DNA of 63,973 nucleotides, filler included, from Deltaproteobacteria bacterium (lineage in GTDB: Bacteria > JAUYMQ01), in the NCBI GenBank assembly GCA_030698575.1. It is 8 parts of 8 records of this genome, joined end to end, with 100 filler letters (N's around TTAATTAATTAA, not from the genome) between each part and the next. Parts side by side here need not be neighbours in the genome. Positions count along the whole stretch, not along the records: positions 39,213 to 47,667 come from JAUYMQ010000318.1; positions 47,768 to 50,951 come from JAUYMQ010000319.1; 6 more parts are not named here. One strand, given 5' to 3'. Shown here one piece after another: positions 41,104 to 49,076 of the stretch. The notes below the pieces were generated by a model. It searched no databases. It saw nothing but the letters and a program-made list of their open reading frames with translations, and was not told the DNA's origin. The first letter of the stretch is position 1. Every line of letters starts with the position of its first letter. The translations under genes were made by a program, and so were the position numbers.

Positions 41104-41532
41104 ATGAGACCGCGCACCACCATGCCGAGGGCCGGCCCGCTGCCAAGACCCGCTCACCCCGATGAGGCCAAGCGCTCACTCAAGTCCGAAGCCTTTCACG
41201 CAGCGGGAGTGCAGATAGTTACGCTGACGGCCGTTGAGTTCACGTCGGTCTGTCCAAAGACGGGGCAACCGGACTTCGGCTCGGTGACTATAGAGTACTC
41301 GCCACGGAAGCTCTGCCTGGAGTCCAGATCGCTCAAGTACTACTTGTGGTCCTACCGACAAGTGGGGGCTTACTGCGAGACCATCGCCGGCAGGATCGCT
41401 GACGACATCGCACTAGCAATTTCTCCTAGAACTCTGGTTGTCCGAGTGTCCCAGAATGTCAGGGGCGGGATAACGATCACGGCGGCAGCTGAACGAAGGG
41501 GAGGGCGAGCGAGGCGCGGAGCCGCGAAGTGA
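41104..41532 (+). CDS. queF: QueF-family (T-fold) preQ0 reductase, atypical
   Basis: EFTSVCPKTGQPDF, ESRSLKYY, RGGI; FHE replaced by YCE. Confidence 0.85.
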   Translation: MRPRTTMPRAGPLPRPAHPDEAKRSLKSEAFHAAGVQIVTLTAVEFTSVCPKTGQPDFGSVTIEYSPRKLCLESRSLKYYLWSYRQVGAYCETIAGRIADDIALAISPRTLVVRVSQNVRGGITITAAAERRGGRARRGAAK

Positions 41533-41606
41533 CGGCGGGCTGGGGATGGAAACTGACCACCGATAAAGCCCTGTGGATTGGCCAGTCTGAGCGTGTAAAC
41601 ATCTTC

Positions 41607-41733
41607 TTGACTCGCCGCGCGCGGGGGGCCTACACTTCCCGCAGCCGGAAGACATAGCGCGCCAAGACTAAGACGCGCCGCAACTGAAAGAGCGGGAAGT
41701 GTGCCCGCCTCAGTTGCGGCGCGTTTTGCTTTT
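41607..41733 (+). promoter_or_regulatory. Promoter with a terminator-like leader hairpin
   Basis: TTGACT-N18-TACACT; 15-bp stem 41673-41687/41710-41724 followed by a U-rich tract. Confidence 0.6.
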
Positions 41734-41750
41734 GACCCATGGAGAACACA

Positions 41751-42740
41751 ATGAAGAGACCGAGGAAGGGCCGGTCGAACGGCCGGGATGGACTCCTGTC
41801 AGTGGGCGATGTCGCCCAGCGGCTGGGAATGTCGGAAGATGTGGTCCGTTCGCTCATCGATAGCGGCGAGCTGAAAGCTGTCCGAACTGGTGGTGGACAT
41901 AGACGCTGCCCACCCGAGGAGGTGAAGCAGTTCAAGACGAGGGGCGGGAGACGCAAGCCCAACCGCGCGGCTGGGCCCAGGACTAACGCGCCTCGGTCGA
42001 CCGCCCCGCCCCCGGTTGAAATCGAGGACGAGGAACGCCGCCTCCAAGAGTACCAGGCGGAAATCGAGCACGAAGCAGCTCGGGAACGCACCCGAGCCGA
42101 AGACGAGCGGCTGGAGGGGTGGAAGAAGTACGGCCGCGACTATGCGCGTTGGAGCATCCTGCCGTCGGAGTGGCATGTCCTGGTTGTCGAAGACCTCGAA
42201 ACATTCGTCACAACAAGGCGCATCCCGCCGACGCTCCAGGCTTGGGAGGCTCAGCAGATCGTTCAAGCGCGCGTCAACGCGCTCGTCAAGGAGTATCGCG
42301 ACGCGGAGAGGGCCCGCCAGGAGAAGGAGCGTGAGGCCGCCGAGGAGCGTCAGCGGGTCGAGGCCGAGCGCAAGAGGGCGGAAGATGAACGCCGCCAGAA
42401 GGAGCGCGATGCCGAGGAGCAGCGCCGCAAGCAAGAGCACGAGGCTGCGGAACAACGCCGCAAGCAGGAGGAAGCCGACCAAAAACTCAAGGCCCTCATC
42501 GACCACGGAAACAGCCACGCGTGGAGCGAGACAATCAGCTGGAACTCCTCCGAGGCAGAGCGGGCGCGCCGCGACGTCGCCAGGGCGCTCAAGGAAGAGG
42601 TGAAGGCCGACTGGACGGAGGCCGAGGTGGAGGATCTGGTCGACGACGTGCTGTATGAGGACGACGAGGGCGAGGAATCTGACGAGGACGAATCTGAAGA
42701 AGAGGAATCTGAAGAGGAGGAAGGCGACGAAAGCTGGTGA
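41751..42740 (+). CDS. Excisionase-like HTH / coiled-coil / acidic-tail protein
   Basis: LLSVGDVAQRLG..RTGGGHRR; E/R/Q-rich repeats; poly-D/E tail; GGAG RBS before ATG 41751. Confidence 0.75.
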   Translation: MKRPRKGRSNGRDGLLSVGDVAQRLGMSEDVVRSLIDSGELKAVRTGGGHRRCPPEEVKQFKTRGGRRKPNRAAGPRTNAPRSTAPPPVEIEDEERRLQEYQAEIEHEAARERTRAEDERLEGWKKYGRDYARWSILPSEWHVLVVEDLETFVTTRRIPPTLQAWEAQQIVQARVNALVKEYRDAERARQEKEREAAEERQRVEAERKRAEDERRQKERDAEEQRRKQEHEAAEQRRKQEEADQKLKALIDHGNSHAWSETISWNSSEAERARRDVARALKEEVKADWTEAEVEDLVDDVLYEDDEGEESDEDESEEEESEEEEGDESW

Positions 42741-42855
42741 ATCTCGACATGGAATCTGGGAAACCTGGACCAGATTCCCGAGATTCGCAGCCTCGTAGAC
42801 CAGATTCTATGAGCACCCCCACGGTCGTTTTCCCGCTTTCTGGGACCGTCCGGCC

Positions 42856-43233
42856 GTGACGCGCCACGATTTCGTCGCGCGCTGGCGCGCCCGCCGCGAC
42901 GAACTCGCCCGTCTCGGCGCCCAAGTGGACGGCGCGAAGCTCTGCGATGAAGTGCTCGCGGACGTTGACGCCCTTCTAACCGGCGAGGAGGAGGCTCTTT
43001 TGGACCTCCATGAAGCCGCAACTCGTTCCGGATACTCGAGCGACCATCTCCGCCGTTTACATCGGCTTGGCAAGCTGCCCGCTCGCCGAGACGGCCGACG
43101 CCTATTCTTCCGCGCCGGAGATCTGCCCAAGAAACCGACCGTCGTTGACGCCCGGCCGGTCCGGGCGTACGATCCCATCGCCGATGCTCGGCGGGTCGCC
43201 ACCCGGACCTCATCTGGAGGTTCGAATGACTGA
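42856..43233 (+). CDS. Excisionase-like HTH protein
   Basis: LLDLHEAATRSGYSSDHLRRL..GKLPARRDGRRLFF; overlaps the integrase start. Confidence 0.75.
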   Translation: MTRHDFVARWRARRDELARLGAQVDGAKLCDEVLADVDALLTGEEEALLDLHEAATRSGYSSDHLRRLHRLGKLPARRDGRRLFFRAGDLPKKPTVVDARPVRAYDPIADARRVATRTSSGGSND

Positions 43234-44476
43234 ACGGCGACTCCCAATTCCGGAACGCCCCTGGCACAAGAGCAAGAGCGGCCGCTGGTCCCTCTCGCTC
43301 GGCGTCAGGGGGCTGAAAGTGCGAGTCCAGCAGCACAAGCCAGGCGGCACGTTTCAACGGGTGTTTCGGGTAGGCCGACGCGTCTCGTATGCATCGCTCG
43401 GCACAACCGATCGCCAGGAAGCGCGCCGGCTCGCGATCGAGTTCATTCGCGAGGTCGAGAAGGGCAAGAAGATCAACCTGGCCGAGCCGCTGACGCTCGA
43501 AAGACTGTGGGACCGTTACCAGCAGGAGGCGTCGAGCTACCGCGGCAACCTTGAACGGACGCGGAAGCAGAAAAAGACCGATGTCCGGCTACTCATCGCC
43601 GGGCTCGGTGCCACAAAGCGGGTGGAGCACCTGACCAAAAACGACGTGGAGCGCTACGTCGCGATGCGTCGCACTGGTCATGGATGGCCGGATGGTCGCG
43701 ATACCAAGCCGGTGCGGGCCCGGACGATCCAAGGCGAGATCAAGCAGCTGCGCCAGATGATCTACTGGGCCATGAGCGAGCGGTTGCCCGACGGATCATG
43801 GCTGCTCGAGAACAACCCGCTTCGCGGTGTGAAGTTGCCGAAGGAAGAGGACCCGCGCCGGCCGATCGCGACGTATGACCGGTTCCTGAAGCTCAGGGCA
43901 GCCGCCCAGGATATGGCGGCTACGGCGCCGCAGCAGCGGGGCCGCGACCGGTGGAAACGCTGGGAATTGGCGCTCGTGCTGGCGGAAGCGACCGGGGCAC
44001 GCATCGGGGCGATCAGCGGTCTCCGCTGGTCGGACATCTGCTTTGACCCGCCTGAAATCAAGTTCAGGGCGGAGTTCGACAAGCGGGGCCGTGATCGGGT
44101 GGTCCCTATCCACGAGGCGTTGGCCGAGGAACTTCGCGGCTTCAAAGTGAAATTCGCGGCGGTTGGTGACGGGTGGCTGTTCCCGTGCGCCGACAAGGAC
44201 GACCACTGGCCTCGGGAGATCTTCGGCGAGCTGTACGACCGCGTGGAGCGGCATGCGGGTCTGCCGCATCTGAAGGGCGGTCGCTTCCACCCGTTCAGAA
44301 GGAAGTGGGCCACCGAGCGAAAGAACATGTCGCTCGTGGACGTGATGGCGGCTGGCGGGTGGCGTGACGCGCAGACGTTGCATAGCTGCTACCAGTTGGC
44401 GACGACGGACGGCATGCTCGAAGTGATGAGCTCACCGGTCAAGCTACGGGATCGCAAGGCAGTGGGTCGGAACTAG
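43226..44476 (+). CDS. Tyrosine recombinase/integrase
   Basis: TGAR, K, HPFRR, GGW and catalytic Y (SCYQ); GGAGG RBS before ATG 43226. Confidence 0.9.
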   Translation: MTERRLPIPERPWHKSKSGRWSLSLGVRGLKVRVQQHKPGGTFQRVFRVGRRVSYASLGTTDRQEARRLAIEFIREVEKGKKINLAEPLTLERLWDRYQQEASSYRGNLERTRKQKKTDVRLLIAGLGATKRVEHLTKNDVERYVAMRRTGHGWPDGRDTKPVRARTIQGEIKQLRQMIYWAMSERLPDGSWLLENNPLRGVKLPKEEDPRRPIATYDRFLKLRAAAQDMAATAPQQRGRDRWKRWELALVLAEATGARIGAISGLRWSDICFDPPEIKFRAEFDKRGRDRVVPIHEALAEELRGFKVKFAAVGDGWLFPCADKDDHWPREIFGELYDRVERHAGLPHLKGGRFHPFRRKWATERKNMSLVDVMAAGGWRDAQTLHSCYQLATTDGMLEVMSSPVKLRDRKAVGRN

Positions 44477-44496
44477 GGGACGGCCGAGAGACGGAG

Positions 44497-44709
44497 GTGT
44501 TAGTGGGGATTCATCAGTGGCACTCCGGCAAGGTGGTCCTCGTTTGGGTGGCGGCGGTGTCCCTGCTGATCCTATCGTTTCTTGTCGGCCAGGCTGTTTC
44601 CTTTAGACAGGAATCGCTGGGCATTGCGATCGCTTTTTCAGGGTTGGCTTGGCCCATGGTCGCATTTGCGATCTCCTGGGTGTGGTTCGGCGGCCGCGAA
44701 CGGAAGTGA
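44497..44709 (+). CDS. Small 2-TM hypothetical protein
   Basis: GGAG before the GTG; two hydrophobic helices. Confidence 0.5.
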   Translation: MLVGIHQWHSGKVVLVWVAAVSLLILSFLVGQAVSFRQESLGIAIAFSGLAWPMVAFAISWVWFGGRERK

Positions 44710-44766
44710 GAGACGCCAGTGCAAAGTTTGCATTGGCGTGGCGATTCCAGGAGGGGCAGCGGCGTG

Positions 44767-44788
44767 AACGCTTGTAAAACGCTTGTAA
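44767..44788. repeat. Tandem 11-bp direct repeat (possible integrase arm sites)
   Basis: AACGCTTGTAA twice, between the integrase and the tRNA. Confidence 0.6.
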
Positions 44789-44791
44789 GCC

Positions 44792-44838
44792 CCAAAAACA
44801 GGAGAAGCGCGACACGCTTTATCCGCGCATCGCGCTTC
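44792..44838 (-). terminator. Intrinsic terminator downstream of tRNA-Gln
   Basis: Minus strand GAAGCGCGATGCGC-loop-GCGTGTCGCGCTTC, then TCCTGTTTTT. Confidence 0.65.
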
Positions 44839-44841
44839 GAG

Positions 44842-44914
44842 TTGCCCCTCCTGGGATCGAACCAGGACTCTCCTGATCCAGAGTCAGGCGTGTTGCCAGT
44901 TACACCAAGGGGCA
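44842..44914 (-). tRNA. tRNA-Gln(CTG)
   Basis: Acceptor stem TGCCCCT/AGGGGCA; anticodon arm CCTGA-CTCTGGA-TCAGG; GGTTCGATCC T arm; CCA not encoded. Confidence 0.95.
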
Positions 44915-44936
44915 GGGACGCGTATCCTAAATCACC

Positions 44937-45169
44937 ATGGCCTCGCTCGCAATGCTACTCGCGCTCCAGGTGCAGGTCATCACCACGACCGGCGGCCACC
45001 TGCCCGACCGTGACTTCCACGTGAAGCTCCAGACGCGCGATTCCGTCCTCGAAGTCATCGCCAATCCCGCACCGCGCCGGGATCGTTCGAGGTCGTGGTC
45101 ATCGTGCCGGGCCGGGTACGAGAGCACCGGGCGATTGTAAAAGGAAAAGACCGCGACGCGCTGCGTTGA
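44937..45169 (+). pseudogene. Small exported-type ORF with an apparent frameshift
   Basis: MASLAMLLALQ... continues more plausibly in another frame (GSFEVVVIVPGRVREHRAIVK..., stop at 45169). Confidence 0.35.
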
Positions 45170-45178
45170 GGTACCGTT

Positions 45179-45216
45179 CCCCCTCTCCCGGAGGGAGAGG
45201 GGGTCAGGGGGTGAGG
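45179..45216. repeat. REP-like hairpin downstream of tRNA-Ala
   Basis: CCCCCTCTCC-CGGAG-GGAGAGGGGG..GGGGTGAGG. Confidence 0.65.
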
Positions 45217-45217
45217 A

Positions 45218-45290
45218 TGGAGCTGAGGGGGCTCGAACCCCTGACCTCCTGGGTGCGATCCAGGCGCTCTCCCAGCTGAGCTACAGCCCC
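45218..45290 (-). tRNA. tRNA-Ala(CGC)
   Basis: Acceptor stem GGGGCTG/CAGCTCC with G3:U70; CCTGG-ATCGCAC-CCAGG anticodon arm; GGTTCGAG. Confidence 0.95.
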
Positions 45291-45309
45291 GAAGGGAGTG
45301 GAAGCTAAC

Positions 45310-46065
45310 ATGGTCATCGCCATTCTCGCCACGCTGCAGATGCCGTGGACCGCCGCCCTGCCGCCGCACGGCGCATCGCTCGACATCCTCCGCCCCAAGT
45401 TCGACGGCGGCGGCACCTCGCTCACCAGCGTCGCCGTCTTCGCCTCGGCGCGCATGCCCATGGGCAACGTGTCGCTGCGCGTCGAGCTGCCGTTCGCCCA
45501 CATCGCAACGGACCCCGGCGGCTCCAGCTCGTCGCTCGGCAATCCCTACGTCGGCATCGAGACCGGCGGCGCGACCGGCGTGAGCCTCGAAGCCGGCATC
45601 CGCGGCCCGCTCGCGTCCGACACCGAAGTCGCGCCGCAGCTCGGCGCGCTCGCCGACATCACGCAGATCGAGGCGTTCTTCCCAAACCTCGTCACCGCCA
45701 GCGCCGGCGCGCGCTATCGCTTCCACGACGCCGGCGGCAGCGGCTTCCTGTTCGACGGCGGCGGCGGCCCGGCGGTCTGGTTCCCGACCGAAGGAGGCGA
45801 TCCGGAGCTCGTGCTCCATCATCACATGATGGCGGGCTACCGCGGGGCGGACCTCTGGGTCGCGGTCGGGTTCGGCGGCTGGACCGCCGTCACCAGCGAC
45901 GGCGGCTCGGTCGGGGAGCGCACCGTCAATCAGGCCGGCGCGTCGTTCGGCATGGCGGGCGGCAAGACACGGCCGTCGTTCCACGTCATCGTTCCGCTGG
46001 ACCAGGCCTTCACCGCGGCCACCCAGATCGTGCTGGGGATCGGTCTGGCGATCGCCGCGAACTAG
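45310..46065 (+). CDS. Hypothetical protein, beta-barrel-like
   Basis: Alternating amphipathic strands; LGNPYVG; start uncertain. Confidence 0.55.
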   Translation: MVIAILATLQMPWTAALPPHGASLDILRPKFDGGGTSLTSVAVFASARMPMGNVSLRVELPFAHIATDPGGSSSSLGNPYVGIETGGATGVSLEAGIRGPLASDTEVAPQLGALADITQIEAFFPNLVTASAGARYRFHDAGGSGFLFDGGGGPAVWFPTEGGDPELVLHHHMMAGYRGADLWVAVGFGGWTAVTSDGGSVGERTVNQAGASFGMAGGKTRPSFHVIVPLDQAFTAATQIVLGIGLAIAAN

Positions 46066-47667
46066 TCCCGGCCGCCCCCGCCCAGCAGTCCCTGAAGCTG
46101 CCGCAGCGCCTGCTCGAGCCGCGCCAGCTCTTCTCCATACCGCGCCCAATCGCCGGCGCGCTGCGCCTCGATCGCCCGCCGGAACGCTTCGTTCGCCCGC
46201 CGCGTGAGCTCGGCGGCGCGAGGATTCGGCGCGGGCGCGGCGCCCTGCCCCGCGGCGACGCGCTCGGGTGCGCGCTCGGGCCCAACGCCGCCTCCACCCG
46301 CGAACAGCCGCGACAACCCTTCCTCCAGCGTCTCCTCCATCACCACCCGGTTCTCGTGCGCCACCACCACGCGCTTGAGCTCGGGAATCCGGCCCCCCTG
46401 CGCCCGCAGATACAGCGGCATCACGTAGATCAGCGATTCCTCGATCGGAATGACGAGCAGGTTGCCGCGGATCACCTGCGAGCCGCCCTGGTCCCACAGC
46501 GATATCTGCCGCGCGATCTCGGTGTCCTGATTGATCCGGTTGACGATCTGCGTGGGGCCGAACACGAGGCTCTGCTTGGGAAAGCGATAGACGACCAGCT
46601 CGCCGTAATGCTCGCCGTCGTTCCGCGCCACCATCCACGACGCCAGGTTGTCCTTGCCGCGCGGCGTGAACGGCACCATGAGGATGAACTCCGCCCGCGG
46701 CTCCTCCGGCAGCCGCATGATCATGTGCCGCAGGAACAGCTCGGTCCGCTCCGGCGCCATCGACAGCACCGGCTTCTGCCACTGGTCTTCCCGGTGATAG
46801 AAAATCCCCGGCTCGGCCATGTGATAGGTGGCGTACAGGTCGCTCTGCAGGCGGAACAAGTCCTCGGGATAGCGCAGATGCGCGCGCAGCCCGGCGGGGA
46901 TGGAGTCCAGCGGCACCAAGATCCCGGGGAAGATCTTGCCGAAGGTGCGCACCAGCGGATCGGCGGGATCGGCGAGATACGCCGTGACGCTCCCCTCGTG
47001 CGCGTCGATCACGACCTTCACGCTGTTGCGCATGTAGTTGACCCCGCTGCGCAGCGGCTGCGCATAGGGGTAGCCGGCGGTGGCGGTGTAGGCGTCGAGG
47101 ATCCAGTGCAGCCGGCCCTCGGGGTCGATCACCATGTAGGGATCGTTGTCGAACGCGAGGAACGGCAGCGCCGTGCGCGCCCGCTCGCGGATGTTGCGCA
47201 CGTACAACGCCCGGCTCTCGCTCGTGATGTCGCTCGACAGCAGCACCTTCAGCGAGCGGAAGTGGGCGGCGAGCACCAGCCGGCGCAGCAGGCCGCCGAC
47301 GCGCACGCCGCCGTCGCCTTTGTAGCTCGTGAAGATGTTCTCGTCCGCCGAGGGGTAGTCGAACTCCCGCTGGCCGGTGTTGGCGAACACCCACGAATCG
47401 GTCAGCTCGCCGAAGTAGATCTCCGGCCGCGCGACCTCGAGCGACACGCTGGAGACGGGAGGCAGGTCCTTGATGAGCAGGACCGGCAGCCCTTCCTCGG
47501 TGACTTCGTTCACGGGACCGAGCGTCAGGCCCATGCCGTGCGTGAACGTGAGCCGCTCATTGATGAAGGTGCGGGTGGGGAGCGAGGAGGAGTTCAGCTC
47601 GCGCGGCGACAGCATCACCTGGCGGTACGCCCCGTCGATCATGTAGCGGTCGTCGTCCACCGAGACG
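46062..47667 (-). CDS. UPF0182 family protein (5' truncated)
   Basis: [46 protein letters not shown]. Confidence 0.9.
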
Positions 47668-47767
47668 NNNNNNNNNNNNNNNNNNNNNNNNNNNNNNNNN
47701 NNNNNNNNNNNTTAATTAATTAANNNNNNNNNNNNNNNNNNNNNNNNNNNNNNNNNNNNNNNNNNNN
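47668..47767. other. Artificial contig-join linker
   Basis: N-TTAATTAATTAA-N. Confidence 0.99.
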
Positions 47768-47836
47768 TGCTTCCCTCGACAAGGGCGACGCCGCCACAAC
47801 CCCGCCGGCGGACGGCCCCGTCCCGGTCGGCGCGAA

Positions 47837-49003
47837 GTGAGAAACTATCGCGCGGTGAGCAGTTCTCTTCGTTCCGTTCTGTTGCCCTTCTTCATGCTTC
47901 TGCTCGCAGTGCCCGCCGCCGCCCAGTCGCCCTGGGGCGACTGGCCCTTCCCGGATGCGGGGCTCGACGGAGAGTCCATCGACAAGGCGCGCATCCAGAG
48001 CGCACCCTTCTGGTTCAACTCGCGGCCGCTCTTCACCGTGGCGGAGGATCCCGGCGGGCAGAAGGGCATCGTCTCACTCGACGCCTCGCTCAAGGGCAAG
48101 GCCGTCCTGATCCATTTCTGGGACTACACGAACGCGCACACGCTCGAGATGATCCCCATCCTGTCGGCCTGGCGAACACGCTACGGGAAGGACGGCCTCG
48201 TCATCGTGGGCGTTCAGGCGCCGCAGTTTCCCTTCGCGGCGCTTCCGCGCAACGTGGCCGCGGCCATCCGGCGCCTCGGCGTCGACTATCCCGTCTATCT
48301 CGACTCCGATTTTCTCGTCTGGCGCATCTTTTCGAATCGCCACTGGCCGCGATCGATTCTCGTCGCGCCCGGCGGGCAGGTCGTGGACGACTCCGTCGGA
48401 TCGAACGACTCCCAGGCGACCGAGACGGCCATCCGGCTGACGATCGGAAAGCGAACCGGAAAGGTTTACCGCGAGCCGCTCCTGCCGCCGCCTCAATCGG
48501 GGCGGGCCGGCACGACCTGTCACAAGAGGAGCCCTGATCTCCCCTGCGGGTTCGAACAGGGCCGGCTGGGATCGCCGGGCTACAAGAAGGACGGGACGGT
48601 AACTGCCTACACCGTGCCGGCGCACGCCGAGGTGCGGCAGGACGGCGTGATGTATCCGGCGGGCGCCTGGCGCGCCACGCGCGAGGCGTTGCTGACAGCC
48701 GGCAGCAGCCCATGGGAGCTGCGGCTACGCTTCGAGGCCGTCGCGCTGGCCCTCGTGGCGTCGCCACCTGAAGGCGCGAACGGCGCGGAGGTGGTCGTGA
48801 CGCTCGACGGCGCCCCTGTGCCCGCCGCGCTCCGGGGCGCGGATCTCCGCGAGGGGCCGGGCGGCCAGACCCTCCTCGCACTCGATTCGCCGCGCCTCTA
48901 CCGCGTCATCGGGAACGCGCCCTTCGGCAAGCACGAGATCGTTCTCACCCCGCGGCAAGCCGGCACCCGCCTCTACGTCTTCTACTTCGACGGCTGCGAA
49001 TAA
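47837..49003 (+). CDS. Exported DipZ-like thioredoxin-fold protein lacking CxxC
   Basis: Signal peptide; LKGKAVLIHFWDYT-NAHT, P.FPF, NRHWP; C-terminal PRLYRV..H...FYF domain. Confidence 0.75.
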   Translation: MRNYRAVSSSLRSVLLPFFMLLLAVPAAAQSPWGDWPFPDAGLDGESIDKARIQSAPFWFNSRPLFTVAEDPGGQKGIVSLDASLKGKAVLIHFWDYTNAHTLEMIPILSAWRTRYGKDGLVIVGVQAPQFPFAALPRNVAAAIRRLGVDYPVYLDSDFLVWRIFSNRHWPRSILVAPGGQVVDDSVGSNDSQATETAIRLTIGKRTGKVYREPLLPPPQSGRAGTTCHKRSPDLPCGFEQGRLGSPGYKKDGTVTAYTVPAHAEVRQDGVMYPAGAWRATREALLTAGSSPWELRLRFEAVALALVASPPEGANGAEVVVTLDGAPVPAALRGADLREGPGGQTLLALDSPRLYRVIGNAPFGKHEIVLTPRQAGTRLYVFYFDGCE

Positions 49004-49040
49004 GTGGGACAGTCCCTCTTAATAAGAGGGACTGTCCCAC
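49004..49040. repeat. Perfect 18-bp inverted repeat (REP-like or terminator)
   Basis: GTGGGACAGTCCCTCTTA-A-TAAGAGGGACTGTCCCAC. Confidence 0.85.
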
Positions 49041-49076
49041 ATTTCCTGTGGTAGCCTTCCCGACGGGGGGTAAGCG

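Larger units (their letters stand above)
39213..44859. mobile_element. Putative integrative element/genomic island at tRNA-Gln (left end missing)
   Basis: Integrase and xis-like genes next to the tRNA 3' end; tRNA-end copy; tandem direct repeats; cargo visibly less GC-rich than the genes beyond the tRNAs. Confidence 0.75.

Noticed and set aside
39213-41532. Calling the que cluster Qat or type IV CBASS
   Set aside because: QueC is canonical and sits with QueE/QueD; no QatA/QatD, CD-NTase or TGT is visible
45055-47723. Very long ORFs 45055-47394 (-) and 45345-47723 (+), and many similar Arg/Ala/Pro-rich ORFs
   Set aside because: Alternate-frame or antisense shadows of real genes in high-GC DNA
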